A stretch of DNA of 64,000 nt from Macrostomum lignano (lineage: Eukaryota): assembly GCA_002269645.1 (NCBI GenBank), contig NIVC01001149.1, forward strand, positions 186,001 through 250,000. Reading direction: 5' to 3'. A program made the position numbers and the translations under genes. Position 1 is the stretch's first letter. Each line of letters opens with the position of its first letter. The notes under the pieces were generated by a model. It was given only the letters and a program-made list of their open reading frames with translations, was not told the DNA's origin and did no database searches. Below are positions 50,010 through 61,974 of the stretch, piece by piece.

Positions 50010-52245
50010 TCATAACTGCACCATCAGCCGAACAAGCCGAATGGACATCCATCTGTCAGAGTGCCACAGCATGTACTTCAGGTTTATTGTCGGGCTGGTC
50101 GGGAACAGCCCATTTGGATTGAAATGGTAGCAGCTATTGAACCACCAGCCACCTCCGCCATATGCATTGGAGCAGGACTTCCTACGGTCTCTGTCATTGT
50201 CCACATTGATGGTAGAAAACTGCATGCCTTTGTGGTACTGCATTGCATCGTGTTTGGCGTTAGACTTGTCCCTCAGCATCTCACGGTACGTCATCCGATA
50301 CATGGAGCCGACGCCTTCAACTGTAAAGTTCGAGTACTCCGCGTACCACTCGGTGCCGTTCCACAGCTTCATCTCCACTCGAAGGGTGGCGCCGCCGTCG
50401 GTAAGCGAGGCAATTCTGTTCAGACCTGCAATGTCAATGAAGGGCGAATTCACGTTTGTTAATATTTGATTTGCTTTTTATGGGCTGGTGCGATTTGAAA
50501 TGTTTAATAGTATTTAGAAGTATTGAAAGCACTGACAATATTTGAACGCTGAATTTCGCGTGTAGTTTCATTTTTACACTGGTAGCCCCTGGGACTCTTG
50601 CCGCGGCTAAGCCAAGATAAGTCTGACAAAAGATTCTCAAAAGCAACTCAGATTTTATCATACAGAAACAATAAAGAAAAACTTTTTAATGTTGAGACAT
50701 CGTACCGATCCAGAAGTTGTTTTCATTCCCGAATCCGCGGATGTACGACGCCAGAGTGCGCCGAAAACTTTCCTCGGCCGAGACTCTCTGCTGTATAATG
50801 AAAAACCATCTGCCATCTGCGAGCCTTTTTAGCTTGCCAAAACTCAGGTCTCCACTCCGAGCAAGACTGCGAAGATAGGCGCAGCTTGCGGAGCGGCTGC
50901 AACTGATGGCGTCGGTGGAGCTTTCCGTCTTCCCAGAGGAGACGGTCGAGTCCGACTTGAAGAGGCAATCCGAATTAACAATTGACGTTGGATGCCAATT
51001 GATATGATACCAAAAAGCAAATGGATCTTTTGTCATTACATTGGACCTAAAATGTGTTGTAGTTTTATGGTTTTTTGTTTTAAAATACTAAAAAATCCGG
51101 ACATAATACTATAGAGGCAATAATTACTTCAGATTGGTGCACTGTTTTATACTCCTGCAGTACAGCCGCAGCTGAGCGAACTTCCAGTCTGCCGACACCA
51201 TCAGCGGACCGACCTCGAACCGAGAGCTCAACAAAGAGCTCACCGATCTCTCAACAGCCCACAGCCGCATAAACTCGACTGAGCGAGGCGACAATTCGGC
51301 CAGCTGTGTCCTCACGGCATCGAGTGTGGTCTCATCTTGCAGCACGAGATCCAGCTTCAGGTAGTGCATGTTTCTGCCGTAGTCATATTCAACTGGTCCG
51401 TATGTTGACTTATCGACGCTCCAGAGTAGAGGCTCAATATAATAGGCACCCCTAGAATCGAGTCGCTGAAATACTCGAACTTGACGGTTTCTGTGGTGCA
51501 TTAAATGTACAAATTTAATGTCTGAGCAAGTTTCCAATTCGTATCTGGCACTTAAGAGAGACAGTTCCGTGAATCCGCGGTTTCGCGCCACTGGGCGCAG
51601 AGTGACTTGTCGAAATTTGCGATTTGATAAAATGGTGGCCGTGAGTTGCACCTGGTCTAAGGCGTCGGTAGGCGACGTTTCTCGTCTAGAAATTGATTAG
51701 TTTAATATTGGTTTTGTCAAAAATTGCCTAAAATATTTTTCTACCAAAAAGGACTCTAAATACACTCACGTCATCATCATCAGAGCCGCTTCTGTGTTAT
51801 TTATTCCTATTTTTAGAACACCAGCCGAGTGATTTGAACTCCACTCGAACCCAATAACGCTAGACTTGGTTGCCAAAGCTCCTATATTAGTGACAGTAGC
51901 GAAGCGAACGGGCTTTAGAGAAACGTTTCGCAGCTGCAGCCCAGCTTGGGCAAGCATGTGGGTATCCCATAGAAGCACCGGGACTCGGATGTACAAAATC
52001 TGCGAAATCAGATCGAGTTTCAAAGGCTGCTTTTCGATGGCACCAGTGACGCACATGATAGGCTCGATCTCCAGTGCATGCTCTCCCGAGTCGTATACAA
52101 CCAGCGGACAGCCGCTCACGTTGAGCTGGGTCACAAAGCGCGGCTTGGATGAGGCAGTTGGAGCTCTCTGAGGAAGCTGAGCAGCTACCAGCGAGCAGAA
52201 AATTAGAAGCAGTGCAGCCACTGCCACTTGGGCTGCGGAACTCAT
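50010..52245 (-). CDS. FReD-cluster paralogue 3: secreted ~596-aa protein with the same architecture
   Basis: Exons 52245-51770, 51685-51128, 51046-50706 and 50425-50010 total 1791 nt with the same intron phases (2,2,1) as paralogue 2. Signal peptide MSSAAQVAVAALLLIFCSLVAA. FReD motifs FWIGL, FSTINVDND and GGWWFNSCYHFNPNG. Confidence 0.85.
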
Positions 52246-52399
52246 GTGTTTTAGTATTGCCGTTCAAGCGCAAGCAAAAATATCCCAGACGAAGTTTCTT
52301 GGCGACCTTTTACTTTTATAGCTATACCTTCCACCTCTGATGGCGTTATATTCGCTTTGCCGCAGCCAAGCATATCGATCGCATCTTGCTTGGGTTTGC

Positions 52400-53760
52400 C
52401 TGCACAATTTTTCTGTGCAGTTCTGATAGCCGCCTGGCATTAGGCGTGCTTGCAGTATGCTTGAACATCAATTCCTAGGCCAGCTGAACCGGTCTAGTTT
52501 TAACTGCTGGCCAGAATCTGATTGCCGTATCGCTTGTACGTTGACCATATAGTACTCGTAGCATGCCCTGGTACATGTGCTGTATTTTCTGCTTCCGTTC
52601 GTGCAGACCGCAAACAGCCACGCTTAGAAAACATCCGGGCGGGTTTTTGACCGTTCCCACGTCCGCCTGCTGCTGCAGATTTCGCGGCTTTGCGCCTGAC
52701 GGGTCCTCAGAGGGATCGCGACGCGCAGGGGTTCCTTTTTATTCGGCGTTTCGGCTCGGCAGATCTCCCACTCGCCCGTTTCCGCTTCTCCGGTTCTCAT
52801 GGGACCACGACGCAATTTGCTGGTAGTTACAGATTAGTTGGCAACATTAGGCGGTGAGTTCGTCGGCGTTGTTAATGGCGCTGCGAGCCGGAATCAAAGC
52901 ACGGTGCCGCGATGTGTCTCGGGTCGCTCAACTCCGCACAGCATTCGAAAGCTTTGAACAGTATCTTGAGAAGCTACCGCCCAGACTGGCGGTCGGCAGG
53001 TTGGATGTGAACTGCCTGGTCTTCGACGCTCGTCCTCTTCTAAGGTGGATTTGTACATTATTCGGCTTAGTGGGTTTGGCCAGAAGCTTTTGCTTTGGAT
53101 CTCTTAGCAGCCGTGGGAGTTTCCTCACGAGCAGAGGTCCCGCCGAGGGAGGAAACAGCCGCACCACGTTAACAGCCGAACCCTACGTTTCCAGCTGACG
53201 CGCGGAGCCCCCCCCCCTGTCGCATGTCATGACATGCCTGCAACCCTCCCAAAGTCGGTAGATGAGGCATCTTTCGCTCACCTCTGTGCTTCGGCTTTGC
53301 GCCGGCGGAAATCCTAGAAGCGGGCGATGCTATGAGCCTCTTTTTAGAGATGTAGCGCCCGCTACCGTGTTGTCCGACAAGGTTGTTGGTGTGAGGAGAG
53401 ACGGATGTTCCGGTGCTACAAATGTCCGGTTGAGCCGCGGTACCATCCTCGGTGGGGGTTCCAGCAACATCAAGCGAAGCGGCGTTTATACATTGTTACT
53501 CCATTTGTCGCTGCAAAGCAAATGGGGACTAAGGTGAGAAGCTGCTGGGCCATATTCCCAAACCCAACAGCAGCCAAAAGATAGCGACCGGGGGTGGCCC
53601 AAGCCTTTGCCAGCCCGACCGCCAGCAACAGAGAAACTCCCTGGCCAAAAGCCAAAGATCCATCATTGTGGTGCTGCACTGGGCCTTTAAGAGAGACAAG
53701 GAGGCTGTCTCTGGAGCCTGCGGATTGGCCGCATATCATGTTAAGAAGTCAGAGGGCAAA
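52400..53760 (-). mobile_element. Heavily decayed LINE remnant (RTE-like APE endonuclease and linker)
   Basis: Frame-broken fragments LTLVPICFAATN, NLVGQHGSGRY..KRLI..KPKHRG, LLVRKL and MYQGMLRVLYGQRTS resemble the APE domain and post-APE linker of RTE-clade ORFs. Confidence 0.55.
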
Positions 53761-54718
53761 ATCTGTTCCTCAAAGCCGTGGCCAGAGATACGCACAGGTT
53801 CACTTACAGGTAGAAGCCGAACCCAATACGGACAAGACAGAAGCCAAGGCCATGGATGGATTTCCGCCACCAGAGCCCAATCAGTCCAGCAGTCCTAGAG
53901 CTGCCCTGAACACATGCGGGACGGGAACCCCGGGTCGACTTGTGAGTCCCTGAGTAAGCTTGGAGTAAGTTCTCCTGCAATTCCTGCACCGGAATAGAGG
54001 GGTTTTAAGCCTGGTCTGTCCCATGCTAAACAGGCGTGCCCAGCCCTCCGTAAATGTGAGCGCGCTGTCAATACTTGGCAGAGCCGCACAGGCAAATGAC
54101 AGCAGTCAAAGTCAACAGAGCTCATCTTCACAAAGCTCGCATCAGTTTTTTAATCCACTTTTGCTTCCGTTCAATGCGGGCAGGGGTTTGCAAATTTTTA
54201 TGGATTCCGGACCCGCCTCCCAGCAGCACCTGGTCGGGGCTCCATCATTAATTGAATGCAGAATTCTCGTTCAGTGAGCAGAAGGCCAGGTGGGTGCATT
54301 ATTAATGTGATGGGGCAGCGCTTCTCTGCCTCGGGGACTGCTGCTGGTTGCCATGCTGTTGCTAGCGGGTCATTTGATGCGGGCAAGAGAGACAGGGAAA
54401 GTGGGAGGTGGGGAGGGAGATGGGGAGCGACCACTGGGTGGACAACTGTCTGCATAGCAAAGGGCTCGGCATGAGCGCACAGTGGCTCGGTACCTAAGCT
54501 CCATAACTGGGCACTGCGGGGCCGCCAAGTACAGTGGGGAAAGAGAGGCGAGGGGTGGTTTGTCAGGCGCTTGGCAACCAGCTTGTATTTATCAGCTCTG
54601 GGGCGGCAGAATCCCTTATTTCAGGAGCCCCATCAGGAGCTGAGCTCCATCGCGGATCATCTCGCATCAACAGAGCCGATCGCTGACTGTAAAATCTGCC
54701 CAGCAACTCCTGCCTGCA

Positions 54719-57700
54719 ATGAAGCTGAAAGCCAAGCGGTCCGAGCCGCTGCAGCTGCTTCTGTGCCAGCTGCTCACGGGTGAGTCTGAATGGAAATGGT
54801 GCCACCTTGATGGAGACTCACTCACTGCTCACTCACACTCCTTTCAGCTGTGGCCTCCGCCGTAGACCCCAGCGCCGTCACCAGAGGCTTCTACCATCGG
54901 GTGACCAGCGGCTTCATCGGCATCGGCAGCTACGTGAGCAGCGAGCTGCTCAACGAGACGGGTGTTCGATCAGATGTTCTCTGCCTGTGGAAGTGCTGGG
55001 CAACGTCATGCGTTGTCGCAGTCGTCAAGGAAGCCGCGATCCTCGAATGCCAGGTGCTCGTCATCAACAATGCGAGCGAGCCGGGCTTGAGCAGCAGCAG
55101 CTTTGTTGCCAGGGAGATTCGGCTTGAGGACGGCGTGCAGATCTGGAAGGCTGGCGACTTTGAGCAGCAGCTGCTCAGAGGCACCGACGCCGCGCGCCCA
55201 CTCGGTGAGTTTGTGAAATTGGCTGATGGAGTTCATGATTCAGCATTCATGCAAACGCACCCGCATCATCTGATGCTTACTCAAAGCTCAGTTTTGAAGA
55301 AAGCTGTTTCAGCCTTAATTCCTATCGAATCCAACCCCGAATATCCATCTCACAGCGTACCTGGATTCTAAGAACGTGACTCACAAGCGGGTCCACATTC
55401 CCAACAACTCGGTGAAGATTATCGCCGCCTTTCTTCAGCACCAGTCGGCTGTCTCATCGCTCGTTGGCTGCGTTGACAAGTGCAGCGAGGTGCCGGACTG
55501 TCGCGGGATTGTGTTCAACTCCAGCAACTGCTCTCTGCTCACCGACTACCCGCTGTGCCGCTGGTTCGAGCAGCCTCCGAACAGCTCTGAGCTGGCCGTC
55601 TATGTGAGTGTTGGGAAAGGAAGCTTTTTGGCGTCACGTCACTGCTGAGTAAAGCATGTCTGCATTGATGACGATCGAGTTCCGGATGTTCCGGGTTCGG
55701 TTTCTGTGCCAGCGAGCAGTTTCTCTGAGCAGCTCAGCGGCTCGCGCGCCACGACCCTTGGGCCTTGGTTCGATTCTGTGTGCGGCCGCATTAATTTGGC
55801 CTTGTTCTCAGAAATTAGCTGAGGGGTCTTTTCTCTGATTTCCACACATGCCGGCCGACACTTCACAGACACATGCCGGCCGACACTTCACAGACACATG
55901 CGTGCCGACACTTCACAGACACATGCCGGCCGACACTTCACAGACACATGCGTGCCGACACTTCACAGACACATGCCGGCCGACACTTCACAGACACATG
56001 CGTGCCGACACTTCACAGACACATGCCGGCCGACACTTCACAGACACATGCGTGCCGACACTTCACAGACACATGCCGGCCGACACTTCACAGACACATG
56101 CGTGCCGACACTTCACAGACACATGCCGGCCGACATTTCACAGACACATGCCGGCCGACATTTCACAGACACATGCGTGACAGTTAGAAATTTAACAAGC
56201 CGCTTTTCATCCTGGACGTGTGCACGCGTGTTTGAGTGGCGTTCCTGCGTACACCATCTCTCAGTTTGAATGAATGTACGAGCTAAGGAGTCAGCAGTGT
56301 AACTGTCATACCAAGGACGAATTCAGTAGGACGGGAAACCTCGTTTCTTGGAATAATTTTGAAGGCAGGTTTTTCAAAAAAATTCAGTGCGGAGACAGAA
56401 AGTTTTCATTTCTTAGCAAAAAAATTGTTATTGCTTTAGATAGGAGGCAGATCCAGTGTTCATCTTTTGATATGCTGTTATTGCTGTTTTGTTTTTTTGT
56501 TTTTTCGCAATGTTGTTGGGGCTTCTGTCTCGGGCAAACTCGGTTCACTAAAGTTGCAGGAACGCATTCCACAGCCGGCGTCCGGCCTCCGGCTCTCGAC
56601 AGAGGTCACTCAGGCTGGTCACGCCGAGTTGTCGCCGTACTCGGTTCAGGGCAGGGCAGCCTTGTTATTGCTGTCTTATTGCTCTATCGATATTCATAAA
56701 GCTTTTCGTTCAGAAAAATAGTTTTCTATGCCATTTTTCCACGTAAATTTGCACGTGTCTTGTGCCTAAAAACCATTAAAATGGCACAGCTCGGCTCTTT
56801 GGTTTTATTAGTGTATTTTGTTATTCTTATCTGACTGTTTAAATACGGAGTATGCTTAACAGAGATTATAAAATCGATTCAGAAAACCAAAAATTGGAGC
56901 TGTGCCAAGCATTTTTATGATTTTTAGGTACAGGAAATGCACATAGAATAAGAAGAGAGCATAGAATCCTATTTTTTTAACGAAAAGCTTCAGAATATCG
57001 ATAGAGCAACAAGAAAGACACAAAATATCAAAAGATGAACACTGGATCTGCCTCCTAACAAAAACGAAAACATTTTTTTCTGAAAAACCTGCTTTCAAAA
57101 ATTTTTCAGGAATCGAGGTTTCCCGTCCTTTTACTTGAGTCGTCCTGGAGTCATACATTTAGCTGCCTCAACGCTGCGGGACGTCCGATGCTACCGAAAG
57201 TGTTTGTTCAAGGATTCCACAAGTCTTATGCCAATAGTTATGTGAAAGTTGCTAGCAGTTATAAATGCTTTTGTTGCATGAGTTTAATTTAAACAAGGCT
57301 GTAAAAGTATTTTGATTGCTTTCTGGATCAACAGCTAACATCTCTGACAGTCCACATCGATTTCTATCACAAGAAAAATACTTTAAAGATTTCACGAAAC
57401 CGCAAACGCAGGAGTTCTACACTGTGGGCACTCAGCAGTGCTTCCAGACCGTCAACCTGCGAGTGTCGGACGCGCTGAGCTTCGACCGGCTCTGGGCCGA
57501 GTACAAGACCGGCTTCGGCACTTATCACGGCAACTACTTTACTGGTGAGTCACTTGGGGCTCTTTTACTTGAGTTTCTGGTCGTATGCGCACTGTGTTTT
57601 TCATAGTAGAAAGTAAGTATTATTTATTTTTTAACTTATTGAGATCATTGGTAAATTTTGAATACTTTCGGAATTCAGAAATGTGATATGTACTTGAAAA

Positions 57701-59437
57701 AACGTTTTTTTGAAAATTGAATTTATCTAATTTATAAGAAACTTTGAATTTTTTAGCAACTATTACATATTCTACTTCAGCACTCAAAGCTACTCGTAAA
57801 AGTACACTCCGCCAAGCTACTCTAAAAGTATTCTGCATGTTCAAATCTTTTAGATTTCTCTTCCCATATTCAGTGTTGGGCACCGTTAATGAAAATATTA
57901 ACTTCCGTTAATAGCAAAAGCGTTAGCGTTAAAACAAAAAAATCTTAACTTTTTAACTCCTAATTTCGTTAAGCTAACTGAAAGTTAACTGATAATCGTT
58001 AATCCGTTAAAGTTAACACAGAAAATACGGAAATCTTGCACGTTTTTTCCAAAACAGACTTCGTATTGCACGTCTTTGCTATTCCATCTTTTTAGCGAAA
58101 CACGGAGGTCATCTAAGCGATTTGAAAGCTAAAAAAGTAATATATAATCATTTTAAAAACTTGCATGCATAATACTACTAAAAGTAAAGCATATGGTAAA
58201 AAAGTAACTTATTTTATTTGAAACTTAAAAGCTAATAACGAGAAATTCATAATTAAATACGCATAGAAGGTTGTTTCAGTACCATTAGCAGGCGCAGCAG
58301 AAAGTTGCGAAAGATTGGGACAGAAGTGAATCAAAGCGATCGATGCTCACGCGCAAGAAATCAAGTTTCACACTATTTTAATTCATTATTTTAAAGTTTA
58401 TTTGTAAGAAGTTGTTAATTACATGTACGTCTGTATGATCATCGTCATAGATAAAGAGATTATATTTAGGCATATAGGTAAGCTCAAATACGTTCGTAAT
58501 GTTTAAACTTCTTGTAAGACTTCTATTTTTCGTTCCTTCTTTGCGTCTTTGGTCATTGACATAGACACTACCGTTAACGATGAATTTATCGTTAATTCAC
58601 AAATTTTTTAACGCTAATTCGTTAATCCGTTAGTTCAAAAAAATCTTAACGACAGTCCGTTAACGTTAATGAAAAATCTTAACGCTTATTAACGCTTACT
58701 AACGGATTAACGCTTATTAACGGACTGGTGCCCAACACTGCCCATATTAAAATAGGATATTGGAATATTAAAAGCTCTACTTATCTGATGAAGATGAGGC
58801 AAGCGATAACATGAAATATTCTCGTTTGTTAAAGACCAAATGTGTTTGCCTTGTGCAGCTCAAGTAGCTGTGTAAAAGCTTTGTAAAGTAAAAGATAAAT
58901 GGGGACAAACAAGTGTTGCTTATTAATTCTAATGGGAAATTCTAAAGTAAGCCATGTGAAATTTTCTCACAAACAGGCCTCGAGTGGCTGCACGCCCGGA
59001 CCAGCGCTCAGCCCAGCAGCAACCGGTTCCGCGTCGACCTGCTGTACTGGAACGACACCTTCATCTACGCCTACTACCTGAACGTGCTCATTCTTGCCGA
59101 GAGCACCAACTACACGGTGTCTGAATTCACGTTTGAGCCTGCTGGGGGTCTTCGCCAGAACTTGTTCGTCGGCAAGAACATCCAGTTTCAGACTCGAGAT
59201 CGTGGCTTGAGTACCTGCATTAATGGACAGAACTGTGCCCAAAGGTACCAGCCTCAGTGGCACAAATGCTGCCACAACTCCGGTCCATTCGGCAAGTACT
59301 TCAACTACCCGACAGCGCTGAATGTGCCAGCTGCAGACCGAGCCAAGGGCATCGTTTGGGCTTCAAATGCTCCAACAAACATCACTGACGGATGGTACTA
59401 CAGCTTCAAGCAGCTGGAGATTCTCATGCTGACCTGA
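54719..59437 (+). CDS. Secreted PAN/apple-like + divergent FReD protein, 5 exons, ~419 aa (terminal exon 5a isoform)
   Basis: Exons 54719-54779 (signal MKLKAKRSEPLQLLLCQLLTA), 54848-55204, 55356-55603, 57412-57544 and 58977-59437 total 1260 nt and are phase-compatible. PAN-like Cys patterns CLWKCWATSC and CVDKCSEVPDCRGIVFNSSNCSL. FReD SFDRLWAEYKTGFG...YFTGLEWLH. Confidence 0.8.
55845..56180. repeat. 25-bp minisatellite with 50-bp alternation (cacatgccggccgacacttcacaga / cacatgcgtgccgacacttcacaga)
   Basis: About 13 units in intron 3 of the PAN-FReD gene. Confidence 0.92.
56310..57155. mobile_element. Long-TIR foldback element in PAN-FReD intron 3
   Basis: ggacgggaaacctcg...taggaggcagatccagtgttcatcttttgatat...gctctatcgatattc is mirrored in reverse complement at ~56960-57155. 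The left arm carries an extra ~180-bp insert. Confidence 0.75.
57871..58740. mobile_element. Non-autonomous hAT-type transposon (870 bp)
   Basis: Perfect 14-bp TIR CAGTGTTGGGCACC...GGTGCCCAACACTG with an 8-bp TSD CCCATATT (57863-57870 and 58741-58748) and subterminal (C)GTTAA repeats. Confidence 0.93.
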
Positions 59438-59914
59438 GTTTTGTATTGGGTTCAATTGCTGATCATAGGGTTCTCTGACTTCAAATCTTATTGAACGAGA
59501 GTAAGCTCAAAGGACCAGTTTGGAAGGTGGTGCACATGTAGGATTCAATGGCAATTTCTGCAGTGTCAGCAGCGATCCTGGCTTTTTACTCGTATATCGA
59601 GCTGCTCGTCGATTCCTTGCCATTTAAATAATTTTCCAGAATTTTCAGTCGCAAACAAGGTTTTTTTGGTTTGCCTGAATCAAAAAGGATATCTGATAGC
59701 TTTCTGCTGTTTGTCCTCACGCTGCAACTGTACCAAGTTTTTCCTTAACTGTCATGTTTTAAGTTGTCCTTTTGCACTAAAGCAAGTTTGCACTCAAACA
59801 ATACTTCTTGCACTGGAAATTTGCGGCAGAATAACGCTAAAAAACATGAAAAAGCGAACGATCTTTTGTTCTTTAAAAGAGTTTTCCATCTAGATCCTGA
59901 AGCATGGAAACTTA

Positions 59915-60207
59915 TTTGGGTTGCGGCTCACGACCGGAAGGTCAGGGGTTCGAATCTAGACCCATTTAAAACATTTTAATGTCCTTGAGCAAGACACTTA
60001 ACTCTGCATTGCTTCAGTTCACCCAGCTGTAAAATGGGTGCCATGGCATTAGCTGGGGTAATTGAGGCTGTGTGTGGCGACCCCCCCCCCCCCAGTCCAT
60101 GGACTGAACAGCCGTACGCAGCCTTCAGATGCGCCGCGCAATAGCTGCGGCTGAGCTGTCGGTTGCACATCTGGCCCAATTGGGGCAGGTGTAATCAATT
60201 TTTTTTT
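59915..60207 (+). mobile_element. tRNA-derived SINE family A, copy 2 (5'-clipped)
   Basis: Shares the B-box, the tgtccttgagcaagacac...cacccagctgtaaaatgg core and the 3' gctgcggctgagctgtcggttgcacatctggcccaatt block with 28592-28877. Confidence 0.85.
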
Positions 60208-60388
60208 CAGCCGAATCGAAGCAGCTCTTAAGGCTATTGTCCCGTCAAATTACTATTTAGAACATGGAGATAAAAAATTTGCGATGTTTTTATATCTTCC
60301 TTTGCTGTCTGCTGGATGTGACAATTTTCCTGTAGCAAGTTAGCTCATTTATAAGCGAATTTCTTACCTGCAAATCTCGTAACGCCAG

Positions 60389-60852
60389 GCCTGGAGTGGC
60401 TGCACGCCCGGGCCAGCGCTCAGCCCAGCAGCAACCGGTTCCGCGTCGACCTGCTGTACTGGAACGACACCTTCATTTACGCCTACTACCTGAACGTGCT
60501 CATTCTGGCCGAGAGCACCAACTACACAATTTCTGATCACACCTACGCACCTGCTGGAGGCCTTAAAGACTGCCTGTTTGCGTGGGGGGAAGTGGGGAAG
60601 CAGTTTGTCACTCGAGATCGCGGATGGAGCGACTGCCCACACAACTGCGCAGTTGCATACGAGCAGCCTCAGTGGCACAATTGCTGCCACAACTCCGGTC
60701 CATTCGGCAGGTACTTCAACTACCCGACAGCCCTGAATGTACCAGCTGCAGACCGGGCCAAGGGCATCGTTTGGGCTTCAAATGCTCCAAATAACATCAC
60801 TGACGGGTTCTTCTACAGCTTCAAGCAGCTGGAGATTCTCATGCTCACCTGA
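60389..60852 (+). CDS. Duplicated terminal FReD exon (5b) of the PAN-FReD gene: alternative last exon or detached duplicate
   Basis: Open 464-nt exon with an AG acceptor at 60387-60388 in the same phase as 5a (G|GC CTG GAG TGG). It ends at the same LEILMLT* and has no lesions. Confidence 0.75.
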
Positions 60853-61374
60853 AATATTTCATATTTTTCATGTCGTTTTACTCGCCTTCAGTTGCTTTAA
60901 CCGCTAAATCAACAAGTGTGAGTCAGCTTCTCAAAAACATCTAGTTCTGTCTGACTCTGATGCAATTTTCGGACTCCAGTTTGCCCCCGAGTCCCTGTCC
61001 TCAATGACCTCCAATACCTAACCTAATGCTTGTACTCGTACCGCACCTGCCTCTTCTGTGTGTCAGTAAGGTCAGCCTGACAGCATCAAAAAATTAATTG
61101 ACTATTTGTTAGACTGTTGAAATTTTTAGGTGGCTTACTCGAAGTTTCCTCTGAAATATTAATTTATTGTACACGTTTCATGATGATGATTTCCTATGTA
61201 GCCATTTCCGCGCCAGTTAGCTACAGACATTTTCTTACCAACTTGTTCTTCTAATACCTCTCTCTCTGGAAAAAGCAGCATTTTCATGGACTCTGATGTG
61301 TTTTGAACACACAAACTCTAATCGTGCTTGCATTAATCATATTGAAGACGATCCCAACTGATTGATTGAGCTGG

Positions 61375-61580
61375 GGCTGGCGCCTCTGGTGCTGGCGCCT
61401 CTGGTGCTGGCGCCTCTGGTGCTGGCGCCTCTGGTGCTGGCGCCTCTGGTGCTGGCGCCTCTGGTGCTGGCGCCCCTGGTCCATATTCTTTTCCCACTGC
61501 TAGAATCAGTGCTAGTAGAGTCCCTAGATCAGTGCTAGTAGAGTCCCTAGATCAGTGCTAGTAGAGTCCCTAGATCAAGG
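61375..61580. repeat. Two short arrays: 15-bp (gctggcgcctctggt) x~7 and 23-bp (tagatcagtgctagtagagtccc) x~3
   Basis: Direct reading of the sequence. Confidence 0.85.
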
Positions 61581-61974
61581 CTAGAGGGACCTTACAAGTC
61601 CAAAAGAGTCTGCAGAGAGGATAGGATAAGACGCGAGAAGAGTGACAGTTACTGAGAAGCATCTAAGCATTTGCAACTACGCCTACGAATTCTCATTAGG
61701 CACGAGAGCCTATTGAGACAGTATTAGAAATACCCGCTACTCAGAATCCAAAGATAGGCGTAAATCTGACCAGTTGATACAGGCAGGCGCGAATAATGAG
61801 CGGCATTGATCTGTGAAATCTATTATTTTTGTCTATTTGCTTAAATGAGCTTCTTTATTAATTGCGTCGAGCGGTACATTTGGCTTATGCGCGCATTACA
61901 TGCAGTAGCATTTAGCCTAGGTACTGCCGAAGCTGTGCGGCCGTATCATCGGTTGCATGGGATATCATGGTCTC

